A stretch of 32,000 bases of DNA, taken from NCBI GenBank assembly GCA_036689235.1, contig CP144769.1:118481-150480 (forward strand), given 5' to 3'. Position numbers and translations under genes: made by a program. The DNA is from Candidatus Saccharimonadota bacterium. Lineage in GTDB: Bacteria > Pseudomonadota > Gammaproteobacteria > Enterobacterales > Enterobacteriaceae. The notes beneath the pieces are model-generated. The model had not been told where the DNA came from, did no database searches, and saw only the letters and a program-made list of their open reading frames with translations. Positions 1 to 10,372 of this stretch are shown here, one piece after another (within the stretch, counting starts at the first letter, position 1; every line of letters starts with the position of its first letter).

Positions 1-1
1 A

Positions 2-244
2 GCATTAATTTTTAAAAAAAAATTAAAGAAAAAAAAATTATCAATAAATAGTTATATAACATATATATCAAGATCAAGAAAACAATTTATTAATATTAAA
101 CATCATAGTTTTAAAAAAAATATAAATTATATTAAAAAAAAAATAAATTTTAAAATTATAATTAATAATTCAATTAATAAAATAAAATATAATATTATTT
201 TATTTAATTATTTTTTATTTAAAATAAATAATTATTTATATTAA
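2..244 (+). CDS. 3' end of an unidentified protein-coding gene that enters from upstream of the window
   Basis: Frame 2 is open from position 2 to TAA at 242-244 (80 codons) in DNA where TAA/TAG occur about every 10-15 codons by chance. The K/N/I-rich composition matches the other genes. I recognise no motif. Confidence 0.3.
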   Translation, partial: ALIFKKKLKKKKLSINSYITYISRSRKQFINIKHHSFKKNINYIKKKINFKIIINNSINKIKYNIILFNYFLFKINNYLY

Positions 245-456
245 ATCATTAAATATTAAAATATTAATATAAAAAATAATATAATATTAAATAAAATATT
301 AAAATTATAAACAATATAATTTATAAATACTAAATGAATTATTTAATATATAAATTTTAAAAATTATATATTAAAATAATTCAAATTAGTATAATATTAT
401 TTTTTTTTTTTTTAATTAATAAAATAATAATTAAAAATTAATTATAAACAAATATT

Positions 457-675
457 TTATAAAGGAACTACATTAGTAGCTGAAGGACCTTTAGATCCAT
501 CAGTTATTTCAAATTCAACAGATTGACCTTCAGTTAAAGTTTTAAAACCACTACTTTGAATAGCAGAAAAATGTACAAAAACATCTTTATCACTATTTTC
601 AGGAGTAATAAATCCAAAACCTTTAGATTCATTAAACCATTTTACATTACCTTTTACTCTTTTTGACATTAACAT
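457..675 (-). CDS. cspA: cold-shock protein, CspA family
   Basis: 72-aa ORF with cold-shock domain RNP motifs [18 protein letters not shown] and DVFVHFSAI. The true start may be Met3 (669). Locally higher G+C than the surroundings. Confidence 0.9.
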   Translation of the reverse strand: MLMSKRVKGNVKWFNESKGFGFITPENSDKDVFVHFSAIQSSGFKTLTEGQSVEFEITDGSKGPSATNVVPL

Positions 676-764
676 TACCTTTTAATAAATAAAAATATAA
701 TCTAAGTAAATATTAACATAAATAAAAAATATTTTAAACAAAATTTTAATTAAATATAAATATA

Positions 765-1238
765 TTAAATATTATATAAATAATTATAATGAGCAAAAGC
801 TAAAACTAAAGCATCAGTAATATTTAAATTATATATTTTATTTATATTTAATTTTTTACATATAAATTTACCTATATTTTTTTTACTAATATTTCCATTA
901 TATACAATATTTTTTCTAATTTTTTTAATATTATATTCAAAAAAATTTATTTTATTTAATAAAGCAATAGATATAACTATTCCAGATAATTTACTAAGTT
1001 TAATTAAAACATCAAAATTTTTAAAATAAAAAAATTTTTCAATAACTAAATAATTAGGTTGATAATTTATACAAATTTTAAATATATTTGTACATATATC
1101 ATTTAATCTATCATTAAAATTAATAAAATTACTATTTATACATCCACTATTAAAATATTTAATTTTATTATTTAAAATATCTAAAATACCATATCCAGTA
1201 CAATATGTACCTAAATCAATACCAATAATTCTCTTCAT
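765..1238 (-). CDS. ruvC: crossover junction endodeoxyribonuclease RuvC
   Basis: 157-aa ORF. N-terminal IIGIDLGTYCTGYGIL (RuvC catalytic Asp region) and C-terminal ITDALVLAFAH match RuvC family signatures. Confidence 0.8.
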   Translation of the reverse strand: MKRIIGIDLGTYCTGYGILDILNNKIKYFNSGCINSNFINFNDRLNDICTNIFKICINYQPNYLVIEKFFYFKNFDVLIKLSKLSGIVISIALLNKINFFEYNIKKIRKNIVYNGNISKKNIGKFICKKLNINKIYNLNITDALVLAFAHYNYLYNI

Positions 1239-1254
1239 AAATTTTTATAATATT

Positions 1255-2913
1255 TTAATTAGGAGAACCAGTTAATAAACATAAACCTGAAGTAGTTTTA
1301 GGAAAAGCAATAACATCTTTAATACTTTTAGAATTAGATAATAACATTATAATTCTATCTAAACCTAAAGCTATTCCTAAATGAGGAGGAGTACCATATT
1401 TTAATGAATTTAAAAAAAAATTATATTCTTTTTTAATATTTAAAATATTAAATATTTCTTTTTGAATTTTATAATCATGTATTCTTTTTGAACCACTTCC
1501 TAATTCATATCCATTAATTACTAAATCATATGAATTAGCAAATAATAAACTATAATTATTCATATTTTTTAAATTATATAAATTAATATTTAATGGCATA
1601 GTAAATGGATGGTGATAAGGTATAATATTTTTCATATTATCATAAGAAAACATAGGAAAATTTTTTATTCATATAGGATAAAAATGTTTTTTATTAAATA
1701 AATTAAAAAATTTACAATAATAATTTCTTAATTCTAATAAAATATTAAAAGAAAAATTTTTTTTTAATAAAATTATCGAAATAAAAGTATTTACAGTTAT
1801 ATTTAAATAACTAACAATATTTTTAATAAAATTAAAATCTATATTTAGATTACCAAAAATTTTATATTTATAAATATTATTTTTTTTAAAATAAATATAT
1901 ATACAAAAATAACTGTATATATTTTTATTATTTAAATAATTTAATAATAAATTTATTTTTAATAAATTATAAACATTATTAATTATAATAGTTTTTATAT
2001 TTTTTATATTTAAATTTTTAAATAAATTTTTTAATAAAAATAAAGAAAAATCTAAATTATATTTTACAGGATTACGTAAATCAGGTTTATCTGTACCATA
2101 AATATTAATACAACTTAAATAATCAATTATTTTAAAACATTTATTCATTTTATAATTTTTAAATTTTAATCAAATATCATATATTAAATTATTTATTAAA
2201 ATATATAATTTATTAAAATTTACAAAAGACATTTCTATATCTATTTGAGTAAATTCAGGCTGTCTATTAGAACGTAAATCTTCATCTCTAAAACATTTAA
2301 CAATTTGATAATATTTATCTATTCCAGAAATCATTAATAATTGTTTAAATATTTGAGGAGATTGAGGTAAAGAATAAAATTTATTTTTATAAACTCTATT
2401 AATTACCTTATATGTATTAGCTCCATCAGAAAAAGATTTTGATAAAAAAGGAGTTTCAACTTCTATAAAGTTATTTTTAATAAAATAATCATTAATAAAA
2501 AATTTAATATTAGATCTTAACTTAATTATATTTAACATATCATTTCTTCTTAAATCTAAATAACGATATTTTAATCTAATATTTTCATTATTATTAATAT
2601 TATTAATATCTAAAGGTAAAGAAGAAGAATAATTAAATATATTAATATAATAAGCTAATACTTCTATATCATTAGTTTTTCTTTTATTTTTTATTAAACC
2701 AAATACTTGAATACAAGATTCATTATTTAATAATAAAATATCATTTCATAAATGAGTGATATTTTTTTTACATAAAATTTGTATAAAACCACTAATATCT
2801 CTAAATTTTATAAAAATTATATCCTTCAAAATTCTTATATTATTTACTCAACCAAATAAATTTACTTCTTCATTAAAATTTTTAATTTTTAAATAACTAC
2901 AATAATTACGCAT
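1255..2913 (-). CDS. aspS: aspartate--tRNA ligase (class II); reads through in-frame TGA=Trp
   Basis: Track ORFs 1255-1653, 1669-2148 and 2170-2538 plus an unlisted 5' part share one frame. They are bridged by TGA at 1669-1671 and 2170-2172, with two more TGA upstream. ATG at 2911-2913; 552 codons. Motifs FRDEDLRSNRQPEFTQIDIEMSF and GLDRIIMLL. The TGA in PI-W-IKNFPMF falls on the conserved Trp of the PLWV.DFPMF region. Confidence 0.9.
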
Positions 2914-3014
2914 AATAAATTACTCAATTTATTAAAAATTTAAAATATATTTATTTATTATTATAATAAAAATTATATAAATAATAAATAAATTAAATAA
3001 TATAATATATATAT

Positions 3015-4727
3015 ATGAATATAAAAAATATAATAATAAATAAAATAAACTATATTTTAAAAAAAAATAATATATTTAAAAAATATAATTATAATATTAA
3101 AAATAATTATAAATATAGTGATTATCAAATTTATGGTTTTATAAATATATGTAAAAAAGAAAAAATAAATATAAATAAAATAATAAATATTTTTATAAAA
3201 AATATTAAAAAATATAAAATATTTAAAAAAATTAATATAATTAAACCAGGAATAATTAATATATATTTAAAAAAAAAAGAAATACAAAAAATAATAAATA
3301 AAAAATCAAAAATTAAAAATCTAGGAATAAAAAATAAAAATAAAGAAAAAATTATTATAGATTATTCATCACCAAATATTTCAAAAGAAATGCATATAGG
3401 ACATTTAAGATCAACAATATTAGGAGATTATTTATGTAATATATCAAAATTATTAGGAAATAAAATAATAAAAATAAATCATATAGGAGATTGAGGAACC
3501 AATTTTGGAATGATAATAACTTTAATTAAAAAAAAAAAAATAAATATAAATAAATTAAATATAAAAAAAATAGAAAAAATATATAAAAAATCTCAATATA
3601 TGTTTAAAAAAAATAAAAAATTCGCAAATAAAAGTAGATTAAATACATTTAAATTACAAAATAATAATAAAAAAAATATTAAAATATGAAAAAAAATAAC
3701 TAATATAAGTATATTAGAAAATCAAAAAATATATAAAAAATTGGATATAAAATTATATAAAAAAAATATTTTTGGTGAAAGTTATTATAAAAATAAATTA
3801 AATTATATAGTAAAAGATTTAATAAAAAAAAAAATAGCACTAAAAGATAAAAAAACAATTATTATAAAAAATAAAAAAAATAATTTTAATATAATAATTA
3901 AAAAAAAAGACGGATCATATTTGTATAGTACAATAGATTTAGCATGTATAAAATATAGATATAAAAAATATAAAATAGATAAAATTATATATTTAACAGA
4001 TATAAGACAAAAAGAATATATGAAAAATATATTTTTAATTGCTAAAAAAGCAAAATATATACCAAAAAAAATAAAATTAATACACTATTATTTTGGTAAT
4101 ATTTTAAATAAATATAAAATACCATTTAAAACAAAAAAAGGAAAAAATATAAAATTAAAAAAAATAATAAAAATAACTATTAAATATATAAAAAAAATAA
4201 TAAAAAAAAAATATAAAAATAAATATAATAAACAAAAAATATATAGAATATCAAGAAAAATATCTATATCAGCTATAAAATATATGGATTTATCAAAAAA
4301 AAGAACAAAAAATTATATATTTAATATAAAAAAAATATTATCATTAAAAAATAATACAGGTCCATATATACAATATTCATATATTAGAATAATATCTTTA
4401 TTAAATAAAAATAATACAAATATAACTAAATGTATAAAAAATAATAAATTTTATATATCTAATAAATTAGAATATAATATATCAAAAGAAATATTAAATT
4501 TTGAAGATATAATTAAAGAATCATATAAAAATGGAACAACTCATAAAATATGTAAATATATATATAATATATGTATATATTTTTCTAGAATATATGAATT
4601 AGAAAATATAACTAATATTAAAAATATAAAATATAAAAAAAGTAAATTAAAATTAATATCAATAATAGGAAAAATAATAAAAATAACTTTAAATTTATTA
4701 GGTATACCTATACTAAAAATAATGTAA
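3015..4727 (+). CDS. argS: arginine--tRNA ligase; reads through in-frame TGA=Trp
   Basis: 3015-3494 and 3741-4727 are the same frame, joined through TGA at 3492-3494 (HIGD-W-GTNFG, conserved Trp) and 3687-3689. I checked every codon in between. HIGH motif EMHIGHLRST. C-terminus ends in Met as usual for ArgRS. 570 codons. Confidence 0.9.
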
Positions 4728-5564
4728 TTAATTAATTATTTTTTGTCCAATAGTAAAACGAAATTTATTATTATAATCTTTATAAGAAAATATATTAAAA
4801 TAACCTTTAAAATTAAAAAAAAAAATTACAACATCAAGTTGACTAAAACAATGTTCAATAATTAATCATCCATAATTATATAAATAATCATAAGAATTTA
4901 ATATTATATATATAATATCTTTTAAACCATTATTATTTGATATTAAACTAATATAAGACTCGAATTTAATATTATCATTATATTTATTTAAATAAGGTGG
5001 ATTACTAATTATAATATGAAATAAATTTTTATTTTTTTTTAAATAGGAAAATCAATTACTTTTTTTAAAAAATACATTATTTGTATTTAATTTTAAAGAA
5101 TTATATTTAGCTAAATTAATACATAATTTATTTATATCTAGACCTAATATATAAATATTTGAAAAATATTTTGAAATAGAAATAGCTATTACTCCTGATC
5201 CTGTACCTAAATCAAGTATTTTATTAAAATTATTAATTTTAATTAAATAAATAATAAATTCAACCATAATTTCACTATCTTGTCTAGGTATAAAAATATC
5301 AAAATATATTTTATATTTAAAAGATAAAAAATAAAATTTATTAATTATATAATATATAGGTTCCCCTTTTAATCTTCTATATAATAATGAATTTAAAAAT
5401 ACTAATTTTATATAATTTAATTTAAATATTTTACTATTAATAATTATTCATGAAATACTTTTTTTTAATATATATTTTAATAAAATATAACATTCATTTA
5501 TTATATCATTATTATAATATGAATAAAATAATTTTACTTTTTCCAACCATTGATTAATATACAT
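4728..5564 (-). CDS. prmC: release factor glutamine methyltransferase PrmC (HemK)
   Basis: One frame from ATG (5562-5564) to TAA (4728-4730), with TGA=Trp at 5448-5450, 5052-5054 and 4866-4868. SAM motif LDLGTGSGVIAI and catalytic IISNPPYL. 278 codons. Lies directly downstream of prfA, as in many bacteria. Confidence 0.85.
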
Positions 5565-5568
5565 TATG

Positions 5569-6630
5569 TTATATATTATAATAATTTTTAATTAAATGGT
5601 CTATTAATAAATTTAAATTTCCATTTAATATATCATTTAAACAATATAAAGTTAAATTTATACGATGATCAGTTACTCTATTTTGAGTAAAATTATATGT
5701 ACGATTTCTATCTCATCTTAAACCACTTCCTAATAATTTTTTTTTATCATTATATTTTTTTTTATGTCTTTTATTTAATTCTAAATTATGAATTCTAGCC
5801 TTTAAAACCTCTAAAGCTCTAGATTTATTTTTATGTTGAGATCTTTCTTGTTGACATTCTACAACTATTCCTGTATGTAAATGAGTTATTCTAACAGCAG
5901 AATTTGTAGTATTTACATGTTGTCCACCAGCACCAGAAGATCTAAAAGTATCTATTTTTATATCATCATTACTAATTATAGGTAAATTTTTAGAAGGTAT
6001 ATCTGGTATAACAGCTACTATACATGTTGAAGTATGAACACGACCTTGAGATTCAGTTTTTGGAATTCTTTGAACTCTATGACCTCCTGATTCAAATTTT
6101 AAATTACCATAAACATTATTACCTATTATTTTAAATAATATTTCTTTATAACCATTTAAAGAATTTCCTTGAATATTTATTAATTTTACTTTTCACTTCA
6201 TTAATTCTGTATATTTTATATACATTTTAAATAAATCTAATGCAAATAATGAAGCTTCATTTCCACCAGTTCCAGAATGAATTTCTAAATAAACATTTAA
6301 TTTATCTTTTTTATCTTTATTTAAAAAATTAAAATATTTTTTTAATTTATTATAATAATAATTAATTAATTTTTTTAATTTAAATATTTCATTTTTAACT
6401 AAAATATTTAATTCTTTATCATTAATTAATAATTTTACATCTTTTAATTCCTTTGAATATTTAGTAAAATAATTAAAATAATTTTTAATTTTACATAATT
6501 TTTTATATTTATATATTAAAGATAAATTTTTTTTATTACTATAATCAAAATTTTTATTATTTAATATATTATTTATCTTGTTTATTTTTTTTTCAACATA
6601 TAAAATATTAAAATTAAATTTATTAATCAT
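5569..6630 (-). CDS. prfA: peptide chain release factor 1 (RF1)
   Basis: One frame verified codon by codon, with TGA=Trp at 6193-6195 and 5713-5715. GGQ motif [13 protein letters not shown]. The P-x-T tripeptide region [17 protein letters not shown] is RF1-type, not the SPF of RF2. 353 codons. Confidence 0.93.
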
Positions 6631-6721
6631 AAAACTCCAAAATAATAATTTATTTATAATTATAATTTAATTATAAATATATAATATATAATTAAGTAAA
6701 AATATATAATATTAAAATAAA

Positions 6722-7291
6722 ATGTGTATAAAAATAATAATAGGAATCGGAAATTATAATAAAAAACTATTCTATACAAGACATAATGTAGGAATATGAT
6801 TTATTAATAAAATTATAAATAATAAATTTAAAAAATATATTAAATTTAATAAAATATATAAAATAAAATTTAATAAAAAAAAAATATATTTATATGTACC
6901 AAAATCTTATATTAATAATATAGGAATACATATCTTAAATATAAAAAAAAAAATTAATATTAAAAATAAAAATATATTAATTATTAATGATGAAATAAAT
7001 TTAAAACCAGGAAAAACAAAAATAAGATTTAATATAAATAAAAATAATACTCATAATGGAATAAAAGATATAATAAAACATATAAATAATAAAAAATTTT
7101 ATAATTTAAGAATAGGCATAGGAAAACCAAAAGATAAAAAAAAATTAAAATATTTTGTTTTAGAAAAACCTTTAAAAAAAGAAAAAAAATTAATATATAA
7201 ATCAATAAATAAATCTATAAAATATATAAAATTATTATTTTTATCAAAAAATAAAAATTTTAGATATATACAAAATTTAATAAATTCTTAA
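6722..7291 (+). CDS. pth: peptidyl-tRNA hydrolase
   Basis: ATG 6722 to TAA 7289-7291, 189 codons, with one TGA=Trp at 6797-6799. N-terminus IIIGIGNYNKKLFYTRHNVGIW resembles the Pth signature (LGNPG..Y..TRHN.G). HNG and RIGIG motifs lie further in. Confidence 0.85.
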
Positions 7292-7323
7292 TTTATTATA
7301 AATATGTTATATATATATAAATA

Positions 7324-8706
7324 ATGAACAAAGTAAATAATATAAATAAAATAAAAATAAAATATTCAAAACAACCAAAAGATATAATAATAAAAAAAAA
7401 TATAAAATTAAATGTAATAGGAAGAGTAATATTAAAAAGATTAATGGGAATAAATAATTTTTTTAATATACAAGATATAGAAGGAGAAATACAAATATTA
7501 ATTAATAAAAATAAAATAGAAAAAAAATTAATTAAAAAAATAAAAAAAATAAAAATAGGAGATATCATATTAATAAATGGTTTTTTATATAAAACAAATA
7601 CTAATGAACTAACAATTAAATCTAATTATTTTAAAATACTAACAAAAAATAAAAAATTATTACCTGATAAATTCCATAAATTAAAAAATAAAAAAAAAAA
7701 AAATATACAAAGATATTTAGATCTTATAATCAATTCAAAAACAAGAAAAACATTTTTATTAAGAATTAAAATAATAAATATAATAAGAAAATACTTAAAT
7801 AAAAAAAATTTTTTAGAAGTAGAAACTCCTATGTTACATAACATTCCAGGAGGAGCTTCAGCAAAACCTTTTATTACCTATCATAATAAATTAAATAAAA
7901 ATATATATTTAAGAATAGCTCCTGAATTATATTTAAAAAAATTAATAATAGGAGGATTTACAAAAATATTTGAATTAAATAGAAATTTTAGAAATGAAGG
8001 ATTATCATATAAACATAATCCAGAATTTACTATGATAGAAATATATAAATCATATTCATCATATAAATATATGATGAATTTAATACAAAAATTAATTTAT
8101 TATATAATAAAAAATATTTATAAAAATAAAAGTATTTTAATATATCAAAAAAAAAATATAAACTTTAATATTCCATATAAAATAATAAATATTAAAAAAT
8201 CAATATATAAATATTCAAAATTATTTAAAAAATTAGATGATTTAAATAATGAAAAAAAAATAAAAAAAATAGCAAAAAAAATAAATATAAATTTTAATAA
8301 AAAAACTCCTTTAGGTAAAATAATAAATAAAATATTTGAAATAACTACAGAAAAAAAATTAATTCAACCTACTTTTATTACAGAATATCCAATAGATATA
8401 TCTCCATTAGCTAAAAAAAATAAAAAAAATAAAAAAATAGCAGATAGATTTGAATTATTTATAGGAGGTTATGAAATTGCAAATGGATTTACAGAATTAA
8501 ATAATTATAAAGATCAAAAAAAAATATTTAAAAAACAAATTAATAAAAATAAAAAATTTTATGATAAAGAGTATATAAATGCTTTAAAATATGGATTACC
8601 AAAAACAAGTGGAATAGGAATAGGTATAGACAGACTAGTAATGTTATTAACTAATAGTAATTCAATAAAAGATGTTATTTTATTTCCAACATTAAATAAA
8701 AAATAA
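7324..8706 (+). CDS. lysS: lysine--tRNA ligase (class II)
   Basis: Uninterrupted 460-aa ORF. Motifs FLEVETPMLH, FRNEGLSYKHNPEFTMIE and GIGIGIDRLVMLLT. Contains an in-frame A14 tract (7690-7703). Confidence 0.92.
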   Translation: MNKVNNINKIKIKYSKQPKDIIIKKNIKLNVIGRVILKRLMGINNFFNIQDIEGEIQILINKNKIEKKLIKKIKKIKIGDIILINGFLYKTNTNELTIKSNYFKILTKNKKLLPDKFHKLKNKKKKNIQRYLDLIINSKTRKTFLLRIKIINIIRKYLNKKNFLEVETPMLHNIPGGASAKPFITYHNKLNKNIYLRIAPELYLKKLIIGGFTKIFELNRNFRNEGLSYKHNPEFTMIEIYKSYSSYKYMMNLIQKLIYYIIKNIYKNKSILIYQKKNINFNIPYKIINIKKSIYKYSKLFKKLDDLNNEKKIKKIAKKININFNKKTPLGKIINKIFEITTEKKLIQPTFITEYPIDISPLAKKNKKNKKIADRFELFIGGYEIANGFTELNNYKDQKKIFKKQINKNKKFYDKEYINALKYGLPKTSGIGIGIDRLVMLLTNSNSIKDVILFPTLNKK

Positions 8707-8750
8707 ATTATAAAAAAATATTGTACTTAATTATAAATAAATATATATAT

Positions 8751-9770
8751 ATGAAAATAAAATGCGGAATAATAGGTTTACCAAATATAGGTAAATCAAC
8801 ATTATTTAATATATTAACTAATAGTAATGTTAAAAATGAAAATTATCCATTTTGTACTATAAAATCAAATAATAAAAATATTAAAATATATAATAAAAAA
8901 TTACATAAAATATCAAAAATAACAAAAAGTAAAAAAATAACTTTTCCAAAAATTGAATATATAGATATAGCTGGATTAATAAAAGGAGCATATAAAGGAT
9001 TAGGATTAGGTAATAAATTTTTAGAAGATATTAAAAAAACAAAAATATTATTACATGTAATTAGAATATTTAATAATAAAAATATAATAAATACAAATAA
9101 AAATATTAATCCTATAAGAGATATTAAAATAATAAATAAAGAAATAAAAAAATCAGATATCAAACAATTAATTAAAATTAAAAATAAATCTAAGAATATT
9201 AATGATAATAAAATAATTGATAAATATATATATAATATAAAAAAAAATAAAAAAATTATTTTAAATAAAAATAATAAATATTTTTTTAAAAAAATAAATC
9301 TATTAACATTTAAAAAACATATATATATATTAAATATAAATAATAATAATAATAATAATAAAATAATAAAAAAAACTAAAAAATATATAATAAAAAAAAA
9401 AAATAATAAAAATATTTTTATAATAAATATAAAAAAAATTTATAAAAAAAAAAAAAAATATTATTTAAAAATAAATAAAAAAATATTTAAAAATATAATA
9501 AAATTATTAAATTTAATATCTTTTTATACTACAAATAAAAAAGAAACAAAACAATATTTATTAAAAAAAAATAATAACATATTAAATGCATCAAAAAAAA
9601 TACATAATGATTTTTATAAAAAATTTATAAAAGCAAAAATTATAAATTATAAAAATTTTATAAAATATAAAAAAATAAATATATTAAAAAATAAAGGTAA
9701 AATTAAAATAAAAGGTAAAAAATATCAAATTAGAAATAATGATATTATTTATATAATATTAAAAAAATAA
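8751..9770 (+). CDS. ychF: ribosome-binding ATPase YchF (Obg-like GTPase family)
   Basis: P-loop GIIGLPNIGKSTLFN, G3 DIAGLIKGA and a YchF-like C-terminal domain (FYTTNKKETKQYLL...IHNDFYKKFIKAKII). Start placed at ATG 8751; the track start at 8721 is TTG. The central part has degenerated to K/N/I low complexity and carries an in-frame A15 tract (9444-9458). Confidence 0.8.
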   Translation: MKIKCGIIGLPNIGKSTLFNILTNSNVKNENYPFCTIKSNNKNIKIYNKKLHKISKITKSKKITFPKIEYIDIAGLIKGAYKGLGLGNKFLEDIKKTKILLHVIRIFNNKNIINTNKNINPIRDIKIINKEIKKSDIKQLIKIKNKSKNINDNKIIDKYIYNIKKNKKIILNKNNKYFFKKINLLTFKKHIYILNINNNNNNNKIIKKTKKYIIKKKNNKNIFIINIKKIYKKKKKYYLKINKKIFKNIIKLLNLISFYTTNKKETKQYLLKKNNNILNASKKIHNDFYKKFIKAKIINYKNFIKYKKINILKNKGKIKIKGKKYQIRNNDIIYIILKK

Positions 9771-9952
9771 ATTAATAATAATATTAAAATAATAAATTAA
9801 TAATACAATAATAATAAAATTATAAATAATTTTAATAAAATTTTAAAATTAAAAAAAAAAATATAATATTTTATTTTTTTTTTAATGATATATAATCAAT
9901 AATTTTATATAAAATATATTAGGTATTAATAAATTATAATAAATAAAATATA

Positions 9953-10201
9953 ATGAATATATTAAAATATATAAAAAATCAATTATTTTGAGAAATATTA
10001 AAATTAATATTATTAATAATAGAAATAAATTTATCAAAAATTAAAAATAAATTAATAAAAATATTAATTTTTATAATACTTAATATAATTAAATTATCTA
10101 TAATATATTTAGATACATATAGTAAATATAAAAAAAGTTTAAAAATAATAAAAAATATAAATAAATATTTATTTAAAATATTTAAAATAATTACATATTA
10201 A
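9953..10201 (+). CDS. hypothetical 82-codon ORF, visible only with TGA=Trp; no recognisable homology
   Basis: ATG 9953 to TAA 10199-10201 with one internal TGA. It lies in the otherwise unexplained 600-bp ychF-gyrA spacer. The product is I/L/K-rich (MNILKYIKNQLFWEILKLILLIIE...). An ORF this long is unexpected by chance in about 90% A+T DNA, but I see no motif support. Confidence 0.25.
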
Positions 10202-10372
10202 AATATTCATTACATAAAAATAATTTAATATAAATAAATATATATATTAAAAATTTAAATATAATAATTAAATTTTAAATTTAATATAATAAAATTAATA
10301 AAATATAATTTAAATTTATATATTTATATATAAATATATAAAATATTATAAAAAATAATAATAAATTTTTGT

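Noticed and set aside
245-456. Possible small RNA or gene in the 210-bp spacer downstream of cspA, including a T14 run at 400-413
   Set aside because: Pure A/T with no G+C island like those that mark the tRNAs, no ORF and no convincing structure by eye.
1255-2913. Reading aspS (and argS, prmC, prfA, tyrS, eno, mnmE, sufB, sufS) as fragmented pseudogenes because the standard-code track splits them
   Set aside because: All fragments of each gene are in one frame. Every interruption is TGA, several at invariant Trp positions, and there are no TAA/TAG interruptions. Recoding (table 4) explains them. Only gyrB, trmD and truA retain true frame changes.
7296-9163. Track ORFs 7296-7568(-), 7626-7844(-) and 8843-9163(-), which encode F/I/L-rich 'membrane-like' peptides
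   Set aside because: They lie antisense to well-supported lysS and ychF. Reverse complements of AAA/AAT/ATA-rich codons give TTT/ATT/TAT codons with few stops, so long poly-Phe/Ile/Leu ORFs are a compositional artefact.
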